Shown here one piece after another: positions 1-9,081 of a stretch of DNA of 17,771 nucleotides. Origin of the DNA: Octopus sinensis. Its lineage: Eukaryota. The notes under the pieces are model-generated. The model searched no databases. It was not told the origin of the DNA and saw nothing but the letters and a program-made list of their open reading frames with translations. Both the position numbers and the translations under genes were made by a program. How positions within the stretch are numbered: the stretch's first letter is position 1; every line of letters starts with the position of its first letter. Location: contig NW_021824623.1 of NCBI RefSeq assembly GCF_006345805.1, positions 1-17,771 on the forward strand, in the 5' to 3' direction.

Positions 1-143
1 ACACACACACACACATGTATACAGACACACGCAAATACACACATGCATACACACGCACATACACACACACACACGCATATACACATACGCCGCGTGCCCG
101 TGCAAACATAGACATAGTGGTATATATATACACATACATACAA

Positions 144-194
<51 letters not shown>

Positions 195-200
195 GTTCTG
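1..200. repeat. Degenerate (CA)n/(CATA)n/(TA)n microsatellite
   Basis: Directly visible ACACAC/CATACA runs. Confidence 0.95.
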
Positions 201-247
201 TATGCTTGTATATATGAAGTTATTTACGTTACGAAGTCTATAACATC

Positions 248-295
248 AAGTACCAGTCAGACACGAGGGCGGTTTTAATCGGGTAACTCCACCCT
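248..295 (+). mobile_element. Diverged central fragment of octopus SINE (family A)
   Basis: AAGTACCAGTCAGACACGAGGGCGGTTTTAATCGGGTAACTCC resembles the AAGTACCAGTT..CACTGGGG..GATGTAATCGACT core of the copies at 1934 and 2476. Confidence 0.4.
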
Positions 296-330
296 TTCAT
301 GTATCAAGTTCTCTACCCGCCATTCACGCA

Positions 331-599
331 GTTATGATGATGATGATTAATAATAATAATATTAATAATAATAATGGTAATAATAATAATAATAATGATA
401 ATAATAATATTAATAATAATAATGGTAATAATGATAATAATAATAATAATGATAATAATGATAATAATATTAATAAAATAATAATAATGGTAATATTAAT
501 AATAATAATAATAATATCAATAATAATAATAATATTAATAATAATAATAATAATATTAATAATAATTAATAATAATAATATTAATAATATAATAATAAT

Positions 600-633
<34 letters not shown>

Positions 634-825
634 TCAATAATAATATTAATAATAATAATAATAATATCATAATAATATATAATATTAATAATAATAATAT
701 AATAATAGTAATAATAATAATAATAATAATAAATATTAAAATAATAATAATAATATATATAATAAAATATCAATAATAATAATGGTAATAATAATAATAA
801 TAATGATAATATTAATAATGATAGT
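331..825. repeat. ~490-bp degenerate (AAT)n microsatellite
   Basis: AAT repeats with GAT/GGT/ATT variants. It explains ORFs 324..773 and 334..672. Confidence 0.97.
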
Positions 826-829
826 AGTA

Positions 830-853
830 CTTTTTACTATCGGCCCAAGGCCT
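830..853 (-). mobile_element. 3'-end remnant of SINE family A; the (AAT)n at 331-825 may be its expanded tail
   Basis: Reverse complement AGGCCTTGGGCCGATAGTAAAAAG matches the GGCCTTGTGCCTATAATAGAAAAG end of the copy at 1934-2155. Confidence 0.55.
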
Positions 854-874
854 ATTAATAATAATTATTATTAT

Positions 875-990
875 TTTAAATACCGCCGGAGTCGACGTCG
901 CCTTTCATCCTTTAGAGTTCGATAAATTAAGTAGCAGTGATATACTGGGGGTCGATGTAATAGACTGGTCTCCTCCCACAAAATTTTGGC
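875..990 (+). mobile_element. 5'-truncated SINE family A
   Basis: TTTAAATACCGCCGGAGTCGAC..CCTTTCATCC..GATAAATTAAGTA..CTGGGGGTCGATGTAAT aligns to the other family A copies. Confidence 0.85.
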
Positions 991-1315
991 TGAAAAGTTT
1001 ACTATTATTAATTCAATTTTTATATTACAATATATTACTGAAAGACAAAGTCAGCGTGTTTGTGGTTGAGCTTGTATATTTCATGTGTGTGTGCGCACGT
1101 GGGTGTGTGTGTGTGTGTGTTGTGTGTGTGTGTGTTCATGTGTGTTTGTTTATGCGTGCTGCGCGCGCGAAGTTATAAGCACACACCTAATTCACAAGGG
1201 GGCACAGTAACCAGTTTAAATGGCAGTGCCCCAGCATGACCGCCACCCGTATTTGATTACTACGTAGTGATGAATTAAAAAAACAGTAAGGTACGCAGCA
1301 GAAGTGCCAAGAGAA

Positions 1316-1533
1316 ACACACACACACACACGCACGTGTGCGCGCATGCATACATACATACATACATACATACACACATACATACATACATACATACATA
1401 CGCACATACATACATACATACGTACATACATACGTACATACATACATACATACATGCATGCATGCATGCATGCATGCATACATACAAACATACATACATG
1501 CATGCATGCATACATACATACATACATACATAC
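1316..1533. repeat. (CA)n followed by (CATA)n array with CGTA and (CATG)n variant blocks
   Basis: Visible tetramer array. It is the source of the MYVC/HTYI ORFs at 1187-1680. Confidence 0.95.
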
Positions 1534-1575
1534 AACAACCCGTGCCTCTCCTTTATTATTATTATTTTTTCTTTT

Positions 1576-1812
1576 AGGGGTAATATGGCAGAGTCGTCAG
1601 ACTTGTCGGAAAAAGGGCCTTGCGTTATTTCTTCCTGGGTGCAGTTCCTGTCGAGGTTAACCTTGTTTTATATATTTTAGGGATTGAAAAAATAAAGTAA
1701 CAGTCAAGTACTAGAATCGATGTTATCCCCGAAGCCCCCAATTCCCTCGAGCCTAAGGGCTTTGCGTCCTCGTAATGTCCCTCTCAATATGTTCTTGTGG
1801 GCAGTAAAAGAA
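1576..1812 (+). mobile_element. Old diverged near-full-length SINE family A with (ATT)n tail (1812-1934)
   Basis: TGGCAGAGTCGTCAG head, GAGGTTAACCTTG, AATCGATG core and TTGTGGGCAGTAAAAGAA end, followed by (ATT)n. Confidence 0.7.
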
Positions 1813-1886
1813 TTATTATTATTATTATCATTATTATATTATTATTGTTATTGTTATTATTATTGTTATTATTATTATTATTGTTA

Positions 1887-1933
<47 letters not shown>

Positions 1934-1935
<2 letters not shown>

Positions 1936-2155
1936 GGCAGCGAGCTGGCAGAATCGTTAGCACGCCGAGGAAAATATTTAGCGACGTTTCGTCCGTCTTT
2001 ACGTCCTGGGTTCAAATTTCACCGACACTGACTTGCCTTCCATCACTTCAGGGTCGATAAATTAAGTACCAGTTACGCACTGGGGTTGACGTAATCGACT
2101 AGTCTCCACCCTTCTGATTTCAGTTTTAGGCCTTGTGCCTATAATAGAAAAGATT
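1934..2155 (+). mobile_element. Full-length tRNA-derived SINE family A (OK/OR1/OR2 group of Octopus; subfamily not assigned)
   Basis: A-box-like GCTGGCAGAATCGTTAG, B-box GGGTTCAAATTTC, GGGTCGATAAATTAAGTACCAG core and GGCCTTGTGCCTATAATAGAAAAGATT end. Family recognised from recall of octopus SINEs. Confidence 0.92.
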
Positions 2156-2224
2156 GTTTTTTTCTAAATGGTCGTGCGTGTATGTGTTGTTGTTATTATT
2201 GTCAGCATTTCGTCTGGTTTTACC

Positions 2225-2332
2225 TTCTGAGTTTAAATTCTGCCGAGGTCGACTTTACCCTTCACCCTTTCAAAGTGGCATACTGGGTCGATGTAATCGA
2301 AAATTTCAGGCCTTGTGCCTTTAGTAGAAAGC
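2225..2332 (+). mobile_element. 5'-truncated, internally deleted SINE family A
   Basis: GAGTTTAAATTCTGCCGAGGTCGACTTT..CTGGGTCGATGTAATCGA..GGCCTTGTGCCTTTAGTAGAAAG. Confidence 0.88.
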
Positions 2333-2366
<34 letters not shown>

Positions 2367-2416
2367 TAATAATAAAAATAAAATAATAGTAATAATAATA
2401 ATTATTATTATTATTA

Positions 2417-2462
<46 letters not shown>

Positions 2463-2475
2463 CATTATTATTATT
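2333..2475. repeat. (AAT)n block followed directly by (ATT)n block (self-complementary)
   Basis: AAT-rich 2333-2400, ATT-rich 2401-2475. Confidence 0.93.
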
Positions 2476-2700
2476 AAAGCGGCAAGCTGGCAGACTCGTT
2501 AGCACGCCGGTCAGAAAAAGTTTAGCGGTATTTCGTCCGACTTAACGTTCTGAGATCAAATTCCACCGAATTCGACTTTGCCGTTTCATCCTTTCGGGGG
2601 TCGATGAAATAAGTACCAGTTGAGCACTGGGGGGTTGATGTCACCAAAACTTTGTCACTCCTCAAAATTCCTAGCCCTGGTGACAAAATAAGGAGAGGCT
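2476..2700 (+). mobile_element. Full-length SINE family A
   Basis: AAAGCGGCAAGCTGGCAGACTCGTTAGCACGCCGG head, GAGATCAAATTCC B-box and GGGGGTCGATGAAATAAGTACCAG core. Confidence 0.92.
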
Positions 2701-2719
2701 ATCATTGTTATTACCATTG

Positions 2720-3127
2720 TTATTGGGACAATATTGTGGGACTGCGATGGCGCATGAATGACAGAGTAAGAGACAGCGGCGTTGTCGACCTGCCTCCTAC
2801 TCCTCCTCCCCTCCTTCTGCCTCTACTACCACTATTACTGTCGCTACTACACCAATTGTCGCTGCTGCTGCTGCTGCTTCTGTTACTATTGCTATTATTA
2901 CCACTACTACTACTGCTACTACTACTACTACTACCACAACTCCAGCAGCTGGGAGGGCGCTGCGGTTGTTGTGCTTTCTTGATTTCCACTCCGTGTGTGA
3001 AAAGGGACACTCTTTTTTTTCTCCTCTCTGTATGTCTGTTCGTTACTGGTGTTGGTGTTGGTGGTGTCTGTTGCTGTTGTTGTTGTTGTCGTTGTTGATG
3101 GGTACCCCAGAGATGCTCTACGTCGAC
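2720..3127 (-). CDS. Candidate terminal coding exon, low-complexity Q/S/N/G-rich tail (VDVEHLWGTHQQRQQQQ...RRKKRVSLFTHGVEIKKAQQPQRPPSCWSC...SPTILSQ*), product unknown
   Basis: Open 135 codons plus TAA. A CAG acceptor at 3130-3128 precedes an in-frame GTC. Composition is typical of octopus low-complexity tails. Caveat: the repeat-rich sequence leaves plus-strand frames open too, so it may be UTR or promoter DNA. Confidence 0.3.
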   Translation of the reverse strand, partial: VDVEHLWGTHQQRQQQQQQQTPPTPTPVTNRHTERRKKRVSLFTHGVEIKKAQQPQRPPSCWSCGSSSSSSSSSSGNNSNSNRSSSSSSDNWCSSDSNSGSRGRRRGGGVGGRSTTPLSLTLSFMRHRSPTILSQ

Positions 3128-3169
3128 CTGTAGTGATGTGAAGTGTCTTCGATTGAAAAAAAACATGCT

Positions 3170-3291
3170 ACGATGATGATGATGATGATGATGAAGACGA
3201 CGACGACGGCGATGATGATGATAACAACGACGACGACGATGACGATGATGATGATTCGATGGACTCTTGCTTGAAACATTAAGATTATCGC

Positions 3292-3322
<31 letters not shown>

Positions 3323-3450
3323 CATCATTGTTATTACCATTATTAGTATTATTCCTTTCATCTGAATTATCGTCATCATTGTTATCTATAATCGTTGTCG
3401 TTTATTTCATCATTCGATAAACAACAACAACAACAACACCAACGACAACA
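3170..3450. repeat. Mixed trinucleotide runs (GAT/GAC, ATT, AAC)
   Basis: Directly visible. Confidence 0.85.
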
Positions 3451-4311
3451 ACATTGTCAAAGGAAGAAATAATACAACAGAAAACAAATACGAAAAAAAA
3501 GTATATAAAATATAATTATAATAATATAATAATAATAATATTAATAATCAGAACTTGAAGGGAAAAAAAAACAACAACACCAAAAACAAAAAACGAAGCT
3601 TCACGAAAGAGCAACGAAAACAACACGAACAGCAGTAATCATCATCATCATCGTCAACTTTCTTGAAAACAAATACTACAATCACTACTAGTACTACTAC
3701 TACCACTATTACTATTATTATTACTGTTCCAAAAACTGGGAAGATAACAACAGAAAGAACGATATGATCAACCTCAGCAAGAACAAAGCCAAGAACATGA
3801 GACAAGGTTAAAAAATCCTTATTAATCTCTTCTGTATATTTGCAATTAGTAATATTGTCATTCTTATTCTTAACCATCGCCACTTCTCCTTGATACCGCC
3901 GCCATCCACCGCTTACAACTGTTATGATTTGAAAGAAACGTGGACAACCCATTATCACATTACCGTGAAGAAAAAAGCGACGACTTTACCACCAAGAACA
4001 CATCACGGACATATATATACATAGATATATATATATATTCATATACATACTTTGGATCGATAAGAATATCTCTCCCCTTCCTCATCTCACCTGTCTTACA
4101 AACATATATATATATACACTCACACAGGTACACAAAAAACACTCATTGGTATTCCGTTTATTTATTTATCCCTCATCCATATATATATTATATATATATA
4201 TATATATACATATACACAAGCTCACAAATACACACAACACACATATACAGATATATTGCAAAAGTACACGCGCACATAAACGTACACATATAAACAAATA
4301 CACACATTCAC

Positions 4312-4342
<31 letters not shown>

Positions 4343-4362
4343 AGTATACATAAATTTTTATT

Positions 4363-4399
4363 TATATACACGGCGCAATCAACACACACTACCTCAGTT
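4363..4399 (+). promoter_or_regulatory. Possible core promoter: TATATA (4363-4368) about 30 bp upstream of an Inr-like TCAGTT (4394-4399)
   Basis: Motif spacing fits, but both motifs arise easily in AT-rich DNA. Confidence 0.15.
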
Positions 4400-4727
4400 T
4401 ATATATAAATACACATACACACACGCACGAAAAATAGACAATATACACATTACATTTAAATAACAACAATTAGAACAACAAAATAATAATAATAACAATA
4501 ATAATAAAACACCTGGCCCTTATCCTCACCTGATATCTACAAAAGGAAAAAAAAAAAATTAACAGAAAAATTATATTTTTCTCTACGTCATCTTTATCAT
4601 ACAAAAATCGCCGCAACCTGGGTTGGTTCCTACAGTTAACTTCTTATTATTATTGTTTTGGTGGGTGAGTGCGTGGCAACGCACCAGTTCTAAAACAGTC
4701 AAAATTTCACCATCAAAAGCAGAGAAC

Positions 4728-4749
4728 ATGACAGAGACTCAAGCAAAAC
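4728..4749 (+). CDS. Candidate first coding segment MTETQAK(+1 nt) of an unidentified spliced gene; intron starts at 4750
   Basis: ATG with A at -3 (GAGAACATGA). Consensus donor AC|GTAAGT at 4750. No plus-strand ATG in 3927-4727. In-frame upstream TAA at 4560. Sequence switches from A-rich to T-rich across the donor. Alternative reading: an internal 114-nt phase 1-1 exon 4636-4749 after a TACAG acceptor (NFLLLLFWWVSAWQRTSSKTVKISPSKAENMTETQAK). Confidence 0.45.
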
Positions 4750-5299
4750 GTAAGTTCCCTAATGTCCCATTCATCACGTTTTAATTATATTATATCATCT
4801 AATGAACTTGAATGGTAAAATTCCAATTGATCCTCATTACGATTACTTGTAATTATTTTTTAAATTTTCCAACGTTTTCTTTGTCACCTGAAATCTTTCT
4901 TTTTATGTTTTATTCCAATTTTTTGTATGCATTTTTTTCCTTTTCATTTATGTATTTTTTCGTTATTTGAGTTCGTTTCATTTTCTTGGTCAATCGATTT
5001 TGTTCGCGTTACGTTTTGTTATTGTTGTTCTTATACACGTACGTAGCGGCGGTTGAGAGTTGTATGTGAGGAGTGTTGACTTGGTACAGTTGTTTGTTTA
5101 TTGATCTATGTAAGTCACGTATTTGTCTATCTCTCTGTCTGTCTGTCTGTCCATACAAGCTACCATTTATTTATTCATTTACCTACATATTTATATAATT
5201 ATCTACTATTTTATTTATCGCTACATACATCGGTTAGTGACACTAGGACGTGTTTGCAACGCTTGGTCTATTTCTTTCTTAGTGTGCTTGTTTCTCTAC

Positions 5300-5301
5300 T
5301 G

Positions 5302-5374
<73 letters not shown>

Positions 5375-5515
5375 CGTCTATCCGTCTGTCCATCTATCCG
5401 TCTATCCATCTATCCGTCTGTCTATCTATCTATCCATCCATCTATCTGTCTGTCTATCTATCTATCTATTCATCTACCGTCTGTCTGTCTCTATATATCT
5501 ATCTATCCATCTACC
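5300..5515. repeat. (TATC)n array with TCCG/TCTG variants
   Basis: Visible. It is the source of the LSIY/YLSI ORFs. Confidence 0.95.
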
Positions 5516-5546
<31 letters not shown>

Positions 5547-5562
5547 TATTATATATATATAT

Positions 5563-5623
5563 AGGTGGTGCTATTAAGTTAGACATGGCCTGGACCAATC
5601 TTTGGTCGAAACATATCTAAGTT
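5563..5623 (+). repeat. ~60-bp dispersed element, copy 1, embedded in (TA)n
   Basis: AGGTGGTGCTATTAAGTTAGACATGGCCTGGACCAATCTTTGGTCGAAACATATCTAAGTT. Homologous to the reverse complements of 6923-6976 and 9023-9081. Confidence 0.85.
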
Positions 5624-5792
5624 TATATATTATATTATATATATATATATAATATATATATATATAGTTGTGTCCGTATCTTCAAATATATTCATTTATC
5701 TGCAAATACCTATTATTGTTCGGACAGGAAACCCGCATGTAATCATATACACACTCGCATGTATACTTGTGTGTGTATAGATACATACATTG

Positions 5793-5831
<39 letters not shown>

Positions 5832-6189
5832 TATATATATATGTATGTATGTATGTATTATATATACGATATGGTAGTACACAATAACTCTTCTATTATT
5901 TAACTAAACTTATATTTTTCTTAATCGGGTAATTGAAAGACAGCAATTAAAAGTACAACCAGTGCATGTCTAATTATTGCAAGAATGATCATCCGCGAAA
6001 TATACACACATACACACATGCTCATATGCAAATATGCAAGAATACCTGTGTGTGAGTGTACCCAAACATTTCTTTAAGACTACATGTGCTTGTATACACA
6101 CACACATACGTATATACACTCTATACAAAATTTGTGTATGGTAAATGTATTCATTATATATGTATATATATATAACCATATCTATATAT

Positions 6190-6515
6190 AATTATGTATA
6201 TGGCTTATACATACCTATGTAATATTTATGAAGAATACATATACATGTATATATATGCATACATATATGTATATATATGTATATATATATATATATATAT
6301 GCATGTATATATATATACTAGTATATATATATATATATATATACAAGTATATATATATACATGTATATATATGCATGTGTATATATATATATATGCATGT
6401 GTATATATATATATATACATGTAATATATATATATGCATGTGTATATATATATATATACATGTAATATATATATATGCATGTGTATATATATATATACAT
6501 GTATAATATATATGC

Positions 6516-6555
<40 letters not shown>

Positions 6556-6591
6556 GTTTATATATACATATGTTTATATATATACATGTAG

Positions 6592-6622
<31 letters not shown>

Positions 6623-6800
6623 ATATATATATACATGTATGTGTATATATAATACATGTTATATAGATATACATGTATGTATATATATATACATGTATGT
6701 ATATATATATATATACATGTATGTATATATATATATATATATATATACATGATGTATATATATAATATACATACATAAATATATATACATGCATAGGCAT
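6190..6800. repeat. (TA)n-derived minisatellite with TACATG/TGCATG spacers and a 41-bp higher-order unit
   Basis: The unit GCATGTG(TA)nCATGTAA(TA)n starts at 6395, 6436 and 6477. Confidence 0.93.
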
Positions 6801-6922
6801 TGGAATAAAAGCTAGTAATACGTATATGTATTAAAATTCGTTAATATATTTGTATGTATGATTGATATATTTAAATGTATTTACATATATTTTATATATT
6901 GTAACATATTTACTATATATAT

Positions 6923-6976
6923 AACTTTGATAGGTTTCGGTCAGAATAGGCCCAGGCCATGTCTAACTTAATAGCA
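6923..6976 (-). repeat. ~60-bp dispersed element, copy 2
   Basis: Reverse complement TGCTATTAAGTTAGACATGGCCTGGGCCTATTCTGACCGAAACCTATCAAAGTT. Its first 25 nt are identical to copy 1 from 5569. Confidence 0.85.
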
Positions 6977-7024
6977 TATATATGATGTTTTGTATTTATG
7001 GAATATACAACCTACAGCACATAA

Positions 7025-7288
7025 CAGTGTTTTTCAAATGGGGTCCATGTGGCCCTTGGTGGGGTGAATAAGATTTGTTGTTAAAATTCATGCAAAATAA
7101 ATTTGTTATTTTCAATCGAAACACAAAATATTTTAACAACATATATTTTTTAAATACAATCCCTCACAAAATTCAATAAAAAATGTGACAGGATTTTTTA
7201 AACATGGAATGGCTTGAAGGGTTCGCCCGAGTAAAATAGGAATATAAGAGATTCATAGTTAAAATTATTTTAAATGGTTGAAACACTG
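7025..7288. mobile_element. hAT-type MITE (decayed; TSD not preserved)
   Basis: Termini CAGTGTTTTTCAA / TTGAAACACTG. Subterminal GGGGTCCA motif shared with the 9879-10227 element. Confidence 0.7.
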
Positions 7289-7466
7289 ATCTACAAGATA
7301 TCCCACGATGTTAGCGTTTACGATATCGAGCAAAAAGTTTTGTTTATTTCCCCAAAATTCGCTTACTGAACTCAATACATCTTTACATTATATCTTGTAC
7401 TGTTTCATATGTGTTATGTATACTTAACGTGAAACACACACACACACACACACACACATATTTATA

Positions 7467-7672
7467 CAGGGTGGCCCAAAGGTAGGTTTACAGTTATTTG
7501 ATTCTCTCGCATTTATATGTTAACAGTTTAAATCTTAATTAGAAAAAAAACATATGAAACCATTATTCTATGCTAATTTAGTTAATTGTAAGATAGACAT
7601 TTAAATGTAATGTTTCAAAAGAAATTTAAAGTACCTACGTGATAATTATAAACCTACTTTGGGGCCAGCCTG
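7467..7672. mobile_element. Tc1/mariner-type MITE
   Basis: ~31-bp imperfect TIR: CAGGGTGGCCCAAAGGTAGGTTTACAGTTAT versus right-end reverse complement CAGGCTGGCCCCAAAGTAGGTTTATAATTAT. TA on the left flank, TG on the right. Confidence 0.85.
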
Positions 7673-7680
7673 TGTATATA

Positions 7681-7841
7681 CCGTATTTTAACCTGTATAA
7701 GGAATCCCTAATTTGGGGGGATGGGGGTTAAATTCGGAAGAAAGTTTTGTATGGGATTATAATACTATCCCTGTATAAGAAACTCCCTTATTTTTCAACC
7801 TAATTTTTGACAAATGTTTCCTTATACACATTAAAATACAG
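7681..7841. mobile_element. pogo/Tigger-like MITE
   Basis: 26-bp imperfect TIR: CCGTATTTTAACCTGTATAAGGAATC versus CTGTATTTTAATGTGTATAAGGAAAC. Internal direct CCTGTATAAG repeat near 7770. TA on the left flank. Confidence 0.78.
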
Positions 7842-7847
7842 TGTGTG

Positions 7848-7878
<31 letters not shown>

Positions 7879-8634
7879 TATATTATATTATATTATTATT
7901 ATGTTCTATGTATAGTTCCAAGCATGTGCAAATATATATGGGTGTTTGCGTGCTTGGGTCATATACGGGTATATAATTCGTATTTGTAAATGACTGCTTC
8001 AAACGCGCGCGTGCACACACAAAACACACACACACACACACACACAAAACACACACACGCGTGTGTTTATATAGATACACATAGATATATATACACACAC
8101 GGATTCTGGTGTAACGTAACTTAATTTAAGACAATTCATAGGATATCAAGATCAGTCGTATTATATGTTTGCGTTTACATATACGTGTGTGTGTGTGTAA
8201 AGAAGTGGAAAAATATATTTATGTGAACATATATTACAATTCGTTCATTTGTATGTATATGGATGATCCATATAAACAAAAGTGTTTACATATATTTTAT
8301 ACATTGTAATATATCTAGTAAACGATATATAATATATATAGGCACATTTGTTTTGATGTGTGTGTGTGTGTGTATAAGCGCCTTGTCATGAATATCTGTA
8401 TTTCACAATCTCTTTTTACCTCCTTATGTTATTTGTAACTGTAATAAAATGAGCTTCAAATTTGCAGATGCACATACATACCTGTTTACTATAAAAATAA
8501 ATTACCTGATAGGTTTACAAACTCACACACACACATATATGTAGATAGATAGATATGTAGATAGGTAGGCAGGCTGGTGGATAGATAGATATACAGATAG
8601 ATATCCCTCATTCATCAATTTCCAAACTATTAAA

Positions 8635-8718
8635 GGAGGATTGATGTAGACGTACAAACACCACTTGGCGCGGTGGCCCCAGTAAGATCACTGCTCTCGA
8701 GCCGAAACAAGTCAAAGG
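8635..8718 (+). mobile_element. Highly diverged 3' fragment of SINE family B
   Basis: GCGGTGGCCCCAG..GCCGAAACAAGTCAAAG resembles GGCGATGCTCCAACATGGCC..ACTGAAACAAATACAAG at 10982-11030. Confidence 0.4.
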
Positions 8719-9022
8719 GTGTGTGTATATATATATATACACGCATACGCACAAACACTCATTGAGTATCTCTAAAAGAAACTGAACCTAAATAATACCT
8801 ATTTTATAATATGTATAAATATAATGTATAATATATAATGCACAAAATATGTCAAATTATACGTCACCATTTTGTACAAGCATATCTATCTATCTATCTA
8901 TCCTATCTATCTATCTATCTATCTATATATATATAATCATTTATTTCTTCATGCAATACGTTTATTTATATTCATTGATATCGATATAGATAATTATACG
9001 CCCTTGCATCTATAACTTAGAT

Positions 9023-9081
9023 AACTCAGTTTACTTTTGGCCATTATTGGCCCAGAACCTGTCTAATTTAATACACCGCCT
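9023..9081 (-). repeat. ~60-bp dispersed element, copy 3 (most diverged), contiguous with the end of the degraded ORF
   Basis: Reverse complement AGGCGGTGTATTAAATTAGACAGGTTCTGGGCCAATAATGGCCAAAAGTAAACTGAGTT. Confidence 0.7.

Noticed and set aside
1934-2030. tRNA-like A/B boxes as tRNA genes (also 2476, 10695, 17499)
   Set aside because: No cloverleaf forms, and they continue into SINE bodies and tails.
15-2505. ORFs 15..278, 324..773, 334..672, 1187-1680 set, 1720..1935, 1797..2060, 2182-2505 set
   Set aside because: Translations of CA, AAT, CATA and ATT microsatellites and SINE sequence. They are open only because the repeats lack stops.
2652-3098. Plus-strand Leu-rich ORF resembling a signal peptide
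   Set aside because: It starts inside a SINE at a TTG codon, and poly-Leu derives from CTA/CTG repeats.
3548-3958. Minus-strand 136-aa ORF with an apparent TM helix, KK and Cys-rich tail
   Set aside because: The V/I run comes from (GTA/ATA)n and the D run from (GAT)n. There is no recognisable domain or convincing splice pair. It is kept only as background to the antisense hypothesis.
275-5932. 12-mer TTAATCGGGTAA at 275-286 and 5921-5932
   Set aside because: Isolated short match with no extension; the first copy lies in a SINE relic.
6361-6520. Regularly spaced repeats as a CRISPR-like array
   Set aside because: No unique spacers; this is a eukaryotic TA minisatellite higher-order repeat.
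5101-6800. Many YIYI/LSIY/MYVC ORFs (also 11107, 12382, 13242-13714 and 16539-16872)
   Set aside because: All are TA, TATC or TATG repeat artefacts.
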